Positions 49,428 through 59,612 of a stretch of DNA of 64,000 nucleotides are shown piece by piece. Numbering within the stretch: the first letter of the stretch is position 1; the number at the start of each line of letters is the position of its first letter. The stretch is from an uncultured cyanobacterium (lineage in GTDB: Bacteria; Cyanobacteriota; Cyanobacteriia; PCC-6307; Cyanobiaceae). Location: contig CAIQIA010000020.1 of NCBI GenBank assembly GCA_903871775.1, positions 26,087-90,086 of the forward strand. Direction: 5' to 3'. Below the pieces are notes generated by a model. That model ran no database searches. It was not told the DNA's origin and saw only the letters and a program-made list of their open reading frames with translations. A program made the translations under genes and the position numbers.

Positions 49428-49795
49428 CGTTCCTCGTCGGCGAGGGTGTTCGGGGCGCGGCGGCGGAAGCTGCGCAGATGCTGCCTCCCCGAGCCGAGCT
49501 CCTGGCTCAGCACCTCACAGGCCCGTTCAGGCATGGTGTGGTCCCCACAGGTGAACACATCGATGGCCGCGTAACCCGATTCGGGCCACGTGTGAATCGA
49601 GATGTGGGATTCGGCCAGCAGGGCCAGGCCGGTGACCCCCTGGGGCTGGAACTGGTGGGTGATCAGGTTCAGGAGCGTGGCGCCAGCACGTTTTGCTGCT
49701 GTGGTGATGGCCGTCCTGAGAAAGGCTTCGTCGTCGAGCCGGGCGGGGTCGCACTCGTAGAGCTCGAGGATGCAGTGTTTCCCCACCAGTTCCAT
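49409..49795 (-). CDS. speD: S-adenosylmethionine decarboxylase proenzyme (small bacterial type)
   Basis: Internal ATG 49795. The product begins [16 protein letters not shown] and includes [14 protein letters not shown] (Glu-Ser self-cleavage site) and DVFTCG. Confidence 0.88.
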   Translation of the reverse strand: MELVGKHCILELYECDPARLDDEAFLRTAITTAAKRAGATLLNLITHQFQPQGVTGLALLAESHISIHTWPESGYAAIDVFTCGDHTMPERACEVLSQELGSGRQHLRSFRRRAPNTLADEERQPLPA

Positions 49796-49948
49796 GGTGG
49801 AGAGTCCGGAGTCTGGGGCCGAGGGTGGTGTCGGAACAGAGAGCGGAGAGGAGGAACGTCCGGGATCCGGGTGGAGGCAGACGGCTTTGACCATCGAAAC
49901 AGGCAAAACAGCTCCTAACCTTACCCCCTATTCCCGCTGAGGTCATCC

Positions 49949-50143
49949 GTGCGTCTGCTCAGGTTCCGATTCAGAACCCTGGCCTCCTCCGACGCCGGCC
50001 TGACCGTGGGGGAACTGCTGCTGGTCCTGCTGGTGGTCGGCGTCGCCATCGCCGGCACGGTGGCGGTCGCCCTGTCCCTGTCCCGTCCCCTCCAACCCGC
50101 GACTACGACGGCTCCTGCAGCGGAGTCAGCTCCCCGCCCCTGA
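49949..50143 (+). CDS. Small hypothetical protein with a prepilin-like N-terminus (64 aa)
   Basis: GTG start. A basic leader (RLLRFRFRTLASSDAG) is followed by LTVGELLLVLLVVGVAIAG, giving Gly at -1, Glu at +5 and a hydrophobic helix. GC3-rich codons are consistent with coding. The 3' end overlaps recF by 41 nt. Confidence 0.35.
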   Translation: MRLLRFRFRTLASSDAGLTVGELLLVLLVVGVAIAGTVAVALSLSRPLQPATTTAPAAESAPRP

Positions 50144-51227
50144 CCGCCACCACCTGCGCGCTGCGCCGCCAGTCGTCACCGCAGCCGTGCAGGTGGGTGG
50201 TGGTCACCAGGCACTGATGCCGCTCACCGATGGCGGCCAGCAGGCGCCCCTGGCGTTCGGGGTCGAGTTCGGCCAGCACGTCATCGAGCAGCAGCAGCGG
50301 CGTCAGGCCACTCACCTGTTCCACCAGTTCGAGTTCGGCCAGCTTGAGGGCGAGCACCACGCAGCGCTGCTGGCCGGCGGACCCCAGCTGCCGCACGGGT
50401 TCGTCGGCCAACAGCAGGCGCAGATCATCCCGGTGCGGCCCGGCGGAGGTGCTCCCCAGGCGCCGGTCGAGGGGGCGTTGCCGTTGAAGCTGCAGCAGCA
50501 GGGTCTCCTCCCATCTGTCATCGCCTGCGGCCGTCGCCACCTCGGTTCCGGGGGCGTAGACCAGGGTCAGCCGGTCCCGCCCTCCGCTCAGGTGCTGCAG
50601 CCAGGGCTCCGCCAGAGGGGTCAGCCGGTCGAGGGCCCGCTGGCGGCGGCGGTGGATGCGGGCACCGACCGCGGCCAGGTGCGCGTCGAACACATCCAGC
50701 AGGCCGCCATCGCCGCCTCCCCCCTGGCGCAGCAGCTCGGCCCTCTGGCGCAGCAGCCGGCCGTAGCGGCTGAGCAGGTCGCCGTAGACCGGCTCCAGCT
50801 GCACCACCACCCGATCCAGCCACTGGCGGCGCAGGGCAGGCTCCCCCCGGATGAGCCCCAGGTCGAGGGCGCTGAAGACCACACAGCGGATGGTGGCCAT
50901 CAGGTCGCTCTGGCGCTCCAGCCGATGGCCGTTGCGCAGCACCTGCCGCCCCCCCTGGCGCCGCAGCTCGATGGCCAGCAGGTCGCTCTCCCCCCCTGGC
51001 CCTGCAACGGTGGCCCGCAGCACCGACGAGCCGGCGCCCCGCTGGATCAGGTCGCGGTCGTTGCTGCAGCGGTGGGAGCGGAGGCTGCCGAGCAGTTCGA
51101 CGGCCTCCAGCAGGTTCGTCTTGCCTTCGCCGTTGTTGCCCACCACCAGCAGCCGCCGACCCCTGACCGGCAGCGCCAGGGAGCGGTAGTTGCGGAAGCT
51201 CTGGAGGTCGAGGTGTCGAAGCTGGAT
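50103..51227 (-). CDS. recF: DNA replication and repair protein RecF (start codon uncertain)
   Basis: GNNGEGKTNLLEAVELL is the Walker A motif, and LLLDDVLAELD is present. Homology (IQLRHLDLQSFRNYRSL) extends upstream of the track start 51146 to an ATC at 51227, and no ATG, GTG or TTG lies in that stretch. Confidence 0.85.
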   Translation of the reverse strand: MQLRHLDLQSFRNYRSLALPVRGRRLLVVGNNGEGKTNLLEAVELLGSLRSHRCSNDRDLIQRGAGSSVLRATVAGPGGESDLLAIELRRQGGRQVLRNGHRLERQSDLMATIRCVVFSALDLGLIRGEPALRRQWLDRVVVQLEPVYGDLLSRYGRLLRQRAELLRQGGGGDGGLLDVFDAHLAAVGARIHRRRQRALDRLTPLAEPWLQHLSGGRDRLTLVYAPGTEVATAAGDDRWEETLLLQLQRQRPLDRRLGSTSAGPHRDDLRLLLADEPVRQLGSAGQQRCVVLALKLAELELVEQVSGLTPLLLLDDVLAELDPERQGRLLAAIGERHQCLVTTTHLHGCGDDWRRSAQVVAVRGGELTPLQEPS

Positions 51228-51267
51228 GGGGGCTGACCAGCGCCCGGCTAAGCTAGAAGCTGGTCAA

Positions 51268-51341
51268 GGGCATGTAGCTCAGTTGGATAGAGCGTCAGAT
51301 TCCGGTTCTGAATGTCGGGGGTTCGAGTCCCTCCATGCTCG
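51268..51341 (+). tRNA. tRNA-Arg (anticodon CCG)
   Basis: GGGCATGTAGCTCAGTTGGATAGAGCGTCAGATTCCGGTTCTGAATGTCGGGGGTTCGAGTCCCTCCATGCTCG folds manually into a cloverleaf with anticodon loop TTCCGGT. Confidence 0.9.
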
Positions 51342-51398
51342 TGTGATGGTGTTATCGGTGATGTCGGTCCTGTGAAGGGCCTTCGGAATGCCGTCCGG

Positions 51399-51427
51399 GC
51401 CGGTGCTGGCACCGGCTTCGTTGTTCT
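51399..51427 (+). terminator. Hairpin with a T-rich tail downstream of tRNA-Arg
   Basis: gccggtgc-tg-gcaccggc (51399-51416) is followed by ttcgttgttct. Confidence 0.4.
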
Positions 51428-51539
51428 AAGCGCCTTCTTCAACGGTTGAAGTTCGACGGCTGAGTCGCACCGGTTGAAGGTCAACGGTCCAGGGGGCGTC
51501 AGTTCCCTCCCGCCCCAGGGTCCCGACCTCGCCATCCCC

Positions 51540-52007
51540 TCATGGGGAGCCCAGGGCCAGGCCCATGGCCCGGATGCCGTTGGGGTCCACCAGAAATCCC
51601 TGGCTCTCGAGCACATCGAGGGTGTCGGGCGGCGCCGCCAGGGAGATGCTGCAGCCGGTGAGCTCCCGCCTCAATCGGCTCACCGCGCTGTGGATCAGCA
51701 CCGTCAGGACGGTCTGGTGGCTGTCGACATCGGGGTCCACCGCCAGGTCCCAGAGGTTGGCGTTGAGGGCGCCGTCGCTGGTGATGCGCAGAAACCCCAC
51801 CAGCTGATCGTCGGCATCCCGCACCCGCACACTCCAGTTGCTGCGTTCGAGGGCCAGGGCCAGCCGCGCCACCGGGCGGACCGGGGCGCCACACCGTTCG
51901 AGCAGGGCCTGCACATCATCGACATCCACGGGCAGGGTCTCCCAGGCCAGCACGTACCCCTCCGGCAGGCGGGGGGGGGAGGCCTGGCTGCGGAAGTAGG
52001 GCATCAT
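51540..52007 (-). CDS. GNAT family N-acetyltransferase
   Basis: 155 aa. [22 protein letters not shown].. shows a GNAT-like core. There is an ATGA overlap with the ppc stop. Confidence 0.6.
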   Translation of the reverse strand: MMPYFRSQASPPRLPEGYVLAWETLPVDVDDVQALLERCGAPVRPVARLALALERSNWSVRVRDADDQLVGFLRITSDGALNANLWDLAVDPDVDSHQTVLTVLIHSAVSRLRRELTGCSISLAAPPDTLDVLESQGFLVDPNGIRAMGLALGSP

Positions 52008-54973
52008 CCCGTGTTCCTCAGTCCGGCGGCGATGCCGTTGATCGTCAGCAGTGCCCCCCGCAGCAGTTCCGAACGGCTGTAGGTGCGGGTGTCGACCAGC
52101 CCCTCATCCATGGGGGGCTGGCGGGTCTGGTTGCGCAGCCGCCGCAGCAGCGCCACCTGCAGGAAGCCCAGGGGCACGATCGTGCGGTTGCGCAGCTCCA
52201 CCGACACCTGCAGGCTCGGATCACCAGCCAGCAGCCGGTCGTGGCCGGTGACCTGCAGCACCAGGTCATGGGTGAGATGGAACTCGCGTTCGATCGCCTC
52301 GAAGATCTCTTCGAAGGCATCGCGGCGATCGCTGCCCCCCAGGGCGCGCACGTAGTGGTGGGCGAGGTTGAGATCGACCTTGGCCAGGGTCATCTCCACC
52401 TTGGAGATCAGCATGCGGAAGAACGGCCAGCGCTCATTGAGCGTCCGCAGCAGGTCGAGGGTGGAGGGGTCGGCATCCAGTTCTGCGCTGATGGCGGCGC
52501 CGACGCCATACCAGCTCGGCAGCAGGAAGCGGCTCTGGGTCCAGCCGAACACCCAGGGGATGGCCCGCAGGGTCGAGAGGTCCCGCCCGCCCCGCTTGCG
52601 CCGGGCGGGTCGTGAGGAGATCTGCAGCTTGCTGATCTCCTCGATGGGCGTGACCTGCTGAAAGAAGTCCACCAGATCCGGATTGTCGTGGATCAGCTGG
52701 CGGTAATGGGCGCGGGAACGGCTGGCCAGACGCTCCATCAGGGTGTTCCAGGGCTCCATCTGGTCGAGATCGGTGCCGAGGAGGCTGTTCTGCAGCACCG
52801 CCGTGGTGACGGTCTCGAGGTTGTAGAGGGCCAGCTCGGGCAGGGCGTACTTGGAGGCCAGCACTTCACCCTGCTCGGTGATCTTGATCCGACCGCTGAT
52901 GGTGCCGCTGGGCTGGGCCAGGATCGCCTGGTAGGCCGGTCCGCCGCCGCGGCTGACCGAACCGCCGCGGCCGTGGAAGATGCGCAGGGCGATGCCCTGG
53001 CTGATGCTCAGCGACTGCAGGGCGATCTGGGCCTTGTGAATCTCCCAGTTGCTGGAGAGAAAGCCGGAGTCCTTGTTGCTGTCGGAGTAACCCAGCATCA
53101 CCTCCTGCAGGCAGACCTCTCCCTGCAGCAGCAAGCGTCGGTAGAAGGGGGTCTCGAGCAGCCGCCCCATCACCATCGGTGCCTGCTTGAGGTCCTCGAC
53201 CGTCTCGAACAGCGGAACCACCTGCAACCGTGAGGTGCCCTCGACGGGATCGACCATGCCGGCCTCCTTGGCCAGGAGCAGCACCTCCAGCAGATCGGAC
53301 CCCGTGTGGCACATCGAGATCACGTAGGTGCGGCAGATGCGGCTGCCGAACTCCTGCTGCAGCCGCTCGAGCATCCGGAAGACGTCGATGGTCTCCTGGG
53401 TGGCTTCGCTCCAGGCCGGCCCCGTGGGGATCAGCGGTCGGCGGGTCTGCAGCTCCTGCAGCAGCCAGGCCACCCGCTGCTCCTCATCCATGGCGCCGTA
53501 GGCCACCGGCAGCTGCAGGTACTGGGTCAGCTCGCTGAGCGCTTCGCTGTGGCGGCTGCTCTCCTGGCGGATGTCGAGGGCCGCCAGGGTGAAGCCGAAC
53601 ACCTGCACCTGACAGATCAAGCGCTGCAGCGGTTCGCAGCTGATGCCGGTCTGCTGCAGGCTGTCCCGGATCAGCTCCAGATCGCTGCGGAAGTCCTGGT
53701 AGGTGCGGTAGTGCAGCTCCTGGGGCTGGTTGACCATGGCCAGGCCCTGCTCCCGCGTCGGTTGCCCCTCCAGGGGGGCACGCCAGCCGCCCTCGGCGAT
53801 CTGGCCATTGCGCTCGAGGCTGCGCTGCAGCCGCTCGTGGATGTACGAGAGCTTCAGTCGGTAGGGCTCAAGGCGGTAGCGGGTGGCCAGCCGGTCGTAG
53901 GTCTCGGGGAACCGCAGGCGGTCCATCTCCAGCGATTCGAGCAGGGTGGCGCCCACCTCACTCCACTGCATCGAGATCGACAGCTGCTCCTGCAGTTCGG
54001 CGACCGACGCCAGGTAACGCTGCAGCATCCGCCCCCGCTGGAAGCAGGCTGTCCGCCAGGTGATGTCGGGCGTCACCGAGGGATTACCGTCCCGGTCGGC
54101 CCCCACCCAGGACCCGAAGGTGCAGAACCCCGCCGCCGCCGGCTGCACGTCGGGGTAGGTCTGACCGAGGGCCGTGCGCAGACGTTCATGCAGCAGCGGC
54201 ATCGCCTGGAAGAGCACGTCCTGGAAGAAGTGCAGGGCGTAGTCGACTTCATCGAGCACCGAGGGTTTGAACTGGTGCAGTTCATCGGTCCGCCACCACA
54301 GGCGGATCTCTTCCTCCAGCTGCTGCCTCAGGACCCTGGGGTCTTCGATGCTGCCGACGCCGGCGTTGATCCGCTCCAGGCGCTGGATCAGCTGGGCCAC
54401 CCGCCGCTGCTTGGCCCGCACCGTGTGCCGCACGATCTCGGTGGGGTGGGCGGTGAAGACCAGCCGGATGTCGAGGTCGCCCAGCAGCGGTTCGAGCAGC
54501 CCCGGGGGCACGTTCAGTGCCCGCAGGCGCTGGAAGAGGCTCTGGAAGGTGGCCGGTTCATCCTGGAGCGGCCCTGGACGGAAGTGGTCCGGGGCGGCCT
54601 CGGCTGTCTCGATGGCAAGGGAGGCGAAGTAGCGGTCTTCCTCGATGTGCTGTTCAAGGATGTTGACCAGCTGGAAGTAGAGCGAGAACGCCCGCGCCGC
54701 CGCGATGGCGTCCTGCAGGTCCATCTCGACGATCAGCCGGATGATCTCGGCCGACGACTCGTCGTTGCCGCTGCACAGGTCCTTGAGCCGCAGCAGCCGC
54801 GCGGCCCGCTCCGGCGGGCATTCGCTGCGCAGCACCGTGCGCCAGAGATCTTCGACCAGTTCGAGCCGATCTCCGAGGTGCCGCAGCATGCGGGGGACCG
54901 ACGGTGGGGCGTCGAAGGCGGGCAGCGTCTGCTGCATGCGGGAACCAGCGGGTTCGGGGCGAGTGTCGATCAT
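52004..54973 (-). CDS. ppc: Phosphoenolpyruvate carboxylase
   Basis: 989 aa. [33 protein letters not shown] and the C-terminal [12 protein letters not shown] are all present. Confidence 0.97.
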   Translation of the reverse strand: MIDTRPEPAGSRMQQTLPAFDAPPSVPRMLRHLGDRLELVEDLWRTVLRSECPPERAARLLRLKDLCSGNDESSAEIIRLIVEMDLQDAIAAARAFSLYFQLVNILEQHIEEDRYFASLAIETAEAAPDHFRPGPLQDEPATFQSLFQRLRALNVPPGLLEPLLGDLDIRLVFTAHPTEIVRHTVRAKQRRVAQLIQRLERINAGVGSIEDPRVLRQQLEEEIRLWWRTDELHQFKPSVLDEVDYALHFFQDVLFQAMPLLHERLRTALGQTYPDVQPAAAGFCTFGSWVGADRDGNPSVTPDITWRTACFQRGRMLQRYLASVAELQEQLSISMQWSEVGATLLESLEMDRLRFPETYDRLATRYRLEPYRLKLSYIHERLQRSLERNGQIAEGGWRAPLEGQPTREQGLAMVNQPQELHYRTYQDFRSDLELIRDSLQQTGISCEPLQRLICQVQVFGFTLAALDIRQESSRHSEALSELTQYLQLPVAYGAMDEEQRVAWLLQELQTRRPLIPTGPAWSEATQETIDVFRMLERLQQEFGSRICRTYVISMCHTGSDLLEVLLLAKEAGMVDPVEGTSRLQVVPLFETVEDLKQAPMVMGRLLETPFYRRLLLQGEVCLQEVMLGYSDSNKDSGFLSSNWEIHKAQIALQSLSISQGIALRIFHGRGGSVSRGGGPAYQAILAQPSGTISGRIKITEQGEVLASKYALPELALYNLETVTTAVLQNSLLGTDLDQMEPWNTLMERLASRSRAHYRQLIHDNPDLVDFFQQVTPIEEISKLQISSRPARRKRGGRDLSTLRAIPWVFGWTQSRFLLPSWYGVGAAISAELDADPSTLDLLRTLNERWPFFRMLISKVEMTLAKVDLNLAHHYVRALGGSDRRDAFEEIFEAIEREFHLTHDLVLQVTGHDRLLAGDPSLQVSVELRNRTIVPLGFLQVALLRRLRNQTRQPPMDEGLVDTRTYSRSELLRGALLTINGIAAGLRNTG

Positions 54974-56145
54974 CCCAAAGCATCGGTGGGTTGCACAGTG
55001 CCCACGGCAGCAGGACGGTCGAGATCCGCCAGCTGACGCAGCTCCTGCTCGGCCATTGCGCGGGTCGCCTCCGCCACGATGGCCGCCGGGCTGCGGCCCG
55101 CCTCCAGCGCGTGCAGCCAGGCCATGGCCTCGTTCCCCTCCGCCAGGATGGTCTCCAGGGGGGCCAGCCAGGGGCGCAGGTCGTCGTTTCGGGCCGTGGT
55201 CTCGGCCAGCAGCTCTGCGATCCAGTCCCGCGCCTTCAGGCTGCGGCCGTCCTGCCAGTGCTGAAGGGTCGCCTCCAGGCTTGAACGGGCAGCCGCCCGT
55301 TCGTTGCCACCCGCCAGATCGGCCAGTTCAGCCGGGGTCAGGAGACTGGCCCGCAGGGGATCGAGGCTCTGCGGATCGTCGAGCAGCTGCCGCAGGCGGC
55401 CCTCCACCAGGGCGGTGATGGCCAGCAGCCGCAGGGGATCGGCCAGCAGGTCGCAGATCCGCAGCTCCACCCGGTTCAGCAGCCGGGGACGGTCGATCCC
55501 GTTGGGCCGGGCCGAGGCCCAGAGATGCCGCACGTTCTGCATGCGACCGGCGCTGATCTCGTCCCCCATCCAGCGCTGGTAGTGGTCGTGGTCGAGGAAC
55601 AGGGGCACCCGTTCGGGGGTGTGGGGAAACTGCAGCCAGCGCTGGGAATGGGCCCCCGTCGCGGCCCCGTCGAGAAAGGGGGAACTGGCGCTGAGGGCCA
55701 GCAGCAGCGGGGCTTCGCAGCGCAGCAGGCGGCAGGCGGCGAGGATCGCCTCGGCATCGGGGAGACCGATGTTGATGTGCACGCTCGCCGTCACGACGCG
55801 GGTGCCGTAGGTCGCGGCGATGTAGGCGTGATAAGGGTTGTCGGGGTCTGACCGCTCGAAGCGGTGGCTGTCCCCCAGGCTCAGGGTGCTGCCCGGCAGC
55901 AGGGTGAGCCCCCGGCCGGCCAGCCATCCCCGCAGGCGCTGGCGCGGAATCAGCAGATGCTGCAGCTGGCGCCGGTAGTCGGCGTCCGGAGGGGTGAGGT
56001 ATTCGAGGTTCCGGCGGTCAGGCTCGATGGCCATCTCCAGATCGGGCAGCGCCGTGCGGGCCTCGGCGGCACAGCCGACCACCGTGCCGTCGGGACGGCC
56101 GGTGTACATCTCCACCTCGAAGCCCTTGGTCAGCAGGCTGCTCAT
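54970..56145 (-). CDS. gshA: Glutamate-cysteine ligase (cyanobacterial/GCS2-type)
   Basis: [45 protein letters not shown] overlaps occur at both ends. Confidence 0.75.
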   Translation of the reverse strand: MSSLLTKGFEVEMYTGRPDGTVVGCAAEARTALPDLEMAIEPDRRNLEYLTPPDADYRRQLQHLLIPRQRLRGWLAGRGLTLLPGSTLSLGDSHRFERSDPDNPYHAYIAATYGTRVVTASVHINIGLPDAEAILAACRLLRCEAPLLLALSASSPFLDGAATGAHSQRWLQFPHTPERVPLFLDHDHYQRWMGDEISAGRMQNVRHLWASARPNGIDRPRLLNRVELRICDLLADPLRLLAITALVEGRLRQLLDDPQSLDPLRASLLTPAELADLAGGNERAAARSSLEATLQHWQDGRSLKARDWIAELLAETTARNDDLRPWLAPLETILAEGNEAMAWLHALEAGRSPAAIVAEATRAMAEQELRQLADLDRPAAVGTVQPTDALG

Positions 56146-57668
56146 GGTTGTCCATCCTCCAGGCAGGCCAGCGCCTTCAGCAGGGCTCTGGCCTTGTTGA
56201 GGGTCTCCTCGTACTCCATCGCCGGAATCGAGTCGGCCACCACACCGGCCCCGGCCTGGACCCGCACCCGCCAGCCCCCTTCGTTGTCGGGCAGCACCAC
56301 CATCGTGCGGATGGTGATGGCGGTGTTGAGGGCACCGCCGAGGTCCACGGCGCCGTACACCCCGGAGTAGGGCCCGCGCGCCACGGGTTCGAGCTCGTGG
56401 ATCAGCTGCATCGCGCGGATCTTCGGCGCACCGCTGACGGTGCCGGCGGGGAAGGAGGCCTTGAGCAGATCCCAGATGTCGTGGGGGGCCGCCAGCTCCC
56501 CCTCCACTTCGGAGACGATGTGCATGACGTGGGAATAGCGCTCGATCACCATCAGATCGCGGACCTGCACGCTGCCGGGCCGGCAGACCCGGCCGAGGTC
56601 GTTGCGGCCGAGGTCGACCAGCATCACGTGTTCGGCCCGTTCCTTGGGGTCCGCCAGCAGGTCCTCCTCAAGGGCGGCGTCTTCTGCGTCGGTCTCCCCC
56701 CGCGGCCGGGTGCCGGCGATGGGCCGCAGCGAGGCCCGCACGGAGCCGTCGGCCAGGGGTTCGGCGCGGACCATCACCTCCGGGCTCGAGCCGATCAGGT
56801 ACCAGCCGTCAAAGCTGAAGAAGGCCATGTACGGCGAGGGGTTGATCATCCGCAGGCTGCGGTAGAGATCGAACGGGTCCCGGTCGATTTGGGCCTCCAG
56901 CCGCTGGCTGAGCACCAGCTGGAAGACATCGCCGGCGCCGATGTGCTCGCGGGCGCTGGCCACCGCCGCCTCGAAGGCGGGCCGGCTGGTGCTGGCCCTG
57001 ACCGGCAGGCCATCGGCCGGTCGGTCGTGCCAGTGCAGGGGGGCGGTGCCCGCCGGCAGGGGGGCCTGCAGCTGCGCCTCCAGGTCCAGCAGCCGTTCTT
57101 CGGCCTCGGCCACGGCCGCCTCCGGATCCGGGCAACGGGTGAGATCGGCGTAGGCGATGGCGGTGATCTGACGGCGGACCTGGTCGAACACCAGCAGCCG
57201 ATCGCAGAGCATCCAGCAGCCGTCGGGCGGATCGTCCGCCGCCGGCGTGTGCACCGGCACCGTCGGTTCGATCCAGCGGATCAGCTCATACCCCCAGACC
57301 CCGAACAGCTGTCCGACGGGGGGCAGCCCGGGCACGGGGGCCGAGCGGTAGGGCTGCAGCTGATCCCGCAGCAGCGTGAAGGGGTCGCCCTCCAGCCGCC
57401 GGGTCTCGCCGTGCCGGTGCTGCACCACGGCGTGCTCCCCGCGGGCGGTCAGCACCCAGAGGGGATCGGTGGCCACAAAGCTCCAGCGGCCGATGCGATC
57501 GCCCCCCTCGACGGATTCGAGCAGCAGGCCATGGCGGCAGCCGTGGCCGACCTTGAGCCAGATGCTCAGGGGTGTGTCGAGGTCGGCGGGCCACCGCCGC
57601 CAGACGGGCAGAAAGGTGGCCCCTTCGGCCGCCTGTCGCAGGACGTCGGCGCGATCAGGCATGGCCAT
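56142..57668 (-). CDS. trpE: Anthranilate synthase component I
   Basis: FPAGTVSGAPKIRAMQLIHELEPVARGPYSGVYG is present, and the sequence looks TrpE-like along its full length. Confidence 0.95.
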   Translation of the reverse strand: MAMPDRADVLRQAAEGATFLPVWRRWPADLDTPLSIWLKVGHGCRHGLLLESVEGGDRIGRWSFVATDPLWVLTARGEHAVVQHRHGETRRLEGDPFTLLRDQLQPYRSAPVPGLPPVGQLFGVWGYELIRWIEPTVPVHTPAADDPPDGCWMLCDRLLVFDQVRRQITAIAYADLTRCPDPEAAVAEAEERLLDLEAQLQAPLPAGTAPLHWHDRPADGLPVRASTSRPAFEAAVASAREHIGAGDVFQLVLSQRLEAQIDRDPFDLYRSLRMINPSPYMAFFSFDGWYLIGSSPEVMVRAEPLADGSVRASLRPIAGTRPRGETDAEDAALEEDLLADPKERAEHVMLVDLGRNDLGRVCRPGSVQVRDLMVIERYSHVMHIVSEVEGELAAPHDIWDLLKASFPAGTVSGAPKIRAMQLIHELEPVARGPYSGVYGAVDLGGALNTAITIRTMVVLPDNEGGWRVRVQAGAGVVADSIPAMEYEETLNKARALLKALACLEDGQP

Positions 57669-57690
57669 GCAGCAGCTGAGGGATGGACAG

Positions 57691-57718
57691 AAAAGGCGGG
57701 GCCATGCCCCGCCTTTCT
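57691..57718 (-). terminator. Rho-independent terminator after psaD
   Basis: On the minus strand, a ggcggggc-atg-gccccgcc hairpin is followed by TTTTCTG. Confidence 0.65.
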
Positions 57719-57768
57719 AGGACCCGGCCGACGGAGGGCCGGGACGACGGATGCCTCACCCCGGCGGC

Positions 57769-58203
57769 TCAGGAATCGAAGGAGCGACGGCCGCTGAACT
57801 TGATGGTGGCGGGGTTGGGGTTCTGGCCGATGCGACGGGGGTTGTGCCCCACCATGGCCCGGCCCTCGTTCACCTTCTCGGGGAAGACGCCATCCTTCGG
57901 ATGCAGGAATTCGGTGTCGCCGCCGGGGTAGATCCGATAGATCTTGTAGTCCTCGATCCGGGGCTTGAACTTGGTCCGCAGCTGGGTGCCCAGGGCCAGG
58001 CACTGTTCCTTGCGGGCGAAGTACATGAGGTTCTCGCCGGCCTGCATCATCGCCGCACCACCGGTGGGCAACTCAAAGGCCTGGGCGCTGGGGCTGGTCC
58101 AGGTGATGGCGTATTTCTCCTCGGTCTCCGCGGCGTTGAGCAGGCCGCCGGTGCTGCCGATGTAGCCGGGGAGCTGACCGGTGAGGGTGGAACCAGCCGA
58201 CAT
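57769..58203 (-). CDS. psaD: Photosystem I subunit II
   Basis: Internal ATG 58203. The product begins [35 protein letters not shown] and includes [12 protein letters not shown] and [17 protein letters not shown]. Confidence 0.95.
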   Translation of the reverse strand: MSAGSTLTGQLPGYIGSTGGLLNAAETEEKYAITWTSPSAQAFELPTGGAAMMQAGENLMYFARKEQCLALGTQLRTKFKPRIEDYKIYRIYPGGDTEFLHPKDGVFPEKVNEGRAMVGHNPRRIGQNPNPATIKFSGRRSFDS

Positions 58204-58235
58204 GGGTGTCGTCCAGGACAGGATTTGGCTGGAAG

Positions 58236-59612
58236 CTAGCACTCACGATCGGGCGTTTCCCGGGCTGCTGCGCTCTCTTCACACCCGTCAACATTGCCCG
58301 CCACCGGCAGGTAGAGGGTGAGGGTGCGGCCCGCCCGTTCGGTGTACAGGCCCCCCAGCCGGGCGAACAGGTCCCGGGTGGCCCCCGGGCTGAGCTGCAG
58401 GCTGCCCGTGGTCGGATCCCAGCTCAGCACCGGCCCCACCGGCTCCCGCGGCGGCGGCAGCGAGGCATCCGCGGCGGTGCTGTCGCCACTGCCGAACCGC
58501 AGCTTCAGCCGTTCCCCGGCCACCTGCAGATCGACCTGCACCCGCGTGCCCCGCCGCAGGGAGCGGCTGAACCGGTCCAGCAGGCCGGTGAGCATCTTCT
58601 CGAGCAACGCCGGCTCGCTGAGCACCTGCGGCAGGGGCTCCGGCCGCTGGACGGCCAGGGTGAGCTGCCGCCGGGCCAGCAGCCGTTCCCAGGCCGGGAT
58701 GAGCTGCAGCAGCAGCGACCCCAGGTCGGTGCGGGCCAGCTGCAGGTGACCCTCCGGCTCCCGCCGCCGCTCCGCCGCCTGAAAGATCAGGCCGAACCGG
58801 TCGATCTGTTCGCTGCATTCGGCGTCGATCAGGTCCAGCCGCTCCTGCACCTGGGGCGGCAGATCGCGACGGCGTTGCAGGGACCGCACCAGGGTCCGGA
58901 TCGTCGCCAGCGGGGTGCGGACCTCGTGGGCGAGGGCTTCGAGGAGCTGCAGCTGGGGGTTGCTGTCGTCGGGATCGGGGGCACTCACCAGGGTGAGGGC
59001 CGGGGCCGCCAGGGCGAGCCGTTCGGCCAGGCGGGGCCAGAAGCCCTCACCGGTGGCCGGATGGCTGGCCAGGGGGCCGAGGCGGTCGAGGTGCTGGCGC
59101 AGGGCCGCCGCCGCCGCCGGATTGTCGTGCTGCAGCCGCTGGCCCAGGTGCTGCAGGGCGGTGGCCAGCACCGTGGGCTCGAAGCGCACCACCAGGCGCC
59201 GGCCGCTGGGGGGGCCCTCCAGGGCCAGGGCCACCTGCAGCTGCGGGCTGATCAGCATCAGCAGCGGATCCGTGCCGTCGTCGGGATGGAGCGGCACCAG
59301 CGTCAGCGGCGATGGCGTTCCGGCGGGGTCGCGGTCGGCCGCCGGCAGCTCGGGCTGCAGCTGGCCCCAGCCGGGTGGGGTCCAGATCCAGCCGTGCAGA
59401 TGCTCCAGCAGGGCCGGTTCGTGCAGGGCCGGCAGGGGGGAAGCCAGCCAGACCCCCTGCCGGCAGCCGCTGGCCAGCAGATCGTCCTGCAGCACCGCCA
59501 GGGCTGCCCACCACAGGCGGCGGGCGCCGTCCTCATCGGCATGGCCGGGCGGGACCCCATCCGCCAGGCCGTGGCGCACAGCGGCCAGGGATGGCGGGGT
59601 GGCGGGGGTCAA
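58236..59612 (-). CDS. Soluble sensor histidine kinase-like protein (HisKA H-box present, ATP-binding domain atypical)
   Basis: [19 protein letters not shown] is the H-box. No TM segment is present. I propose TTG 59612 as the start, overlapping the rodA stop (TTGA). The maximal ORF reaches 59861. Confidence 0.65.
   Translation of the reverse strand: MTPATPPSLAAVRHGLADGVPPGHADEDGARRLWWAALAVLQDDLLASGCRQGVWLASPLPALHEPALLEHLHGWIWTPPGWGQLQPELPAADRDPAGTPSPLTLVPLHPDDGTDPLLMLISPQLQVALALEGPPSGRRLVVRFEPTVLATALQHLGQRLQHDNPAAAAALRQHLDRLGPLASHPATGEGFWPRLAERLALAAPALTLVSAPDPDDSNPQLQLLEALAHEVRTPLATIRTLVRSLQRRRDLPPQVQERLDLIDAECSEQIDRFGLIFQAAERRREPEGHLQLARTDLGSLLLQLIPAWERLLARRQLTLAVQRPEPLPQVLSEPALLEKMLTGLLDRFSRSLRRGTRVQVDLQVAGERLKLRFGSGDSTAADASLPPPREPVGPVLSWDPTTGSLQLSPGATRDLFARLGGLYTERAGRTLTLYLPVAGNVDGCEESAAARETPDREC

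Noticed and set aside
53306-55036. A 576-aa plus-strand ORF
   Set aside because: It lies antisense to ppc.
56148-57797. A 549-aa plus-strand ORF
   Set aside because: It lies antisense to trpE.
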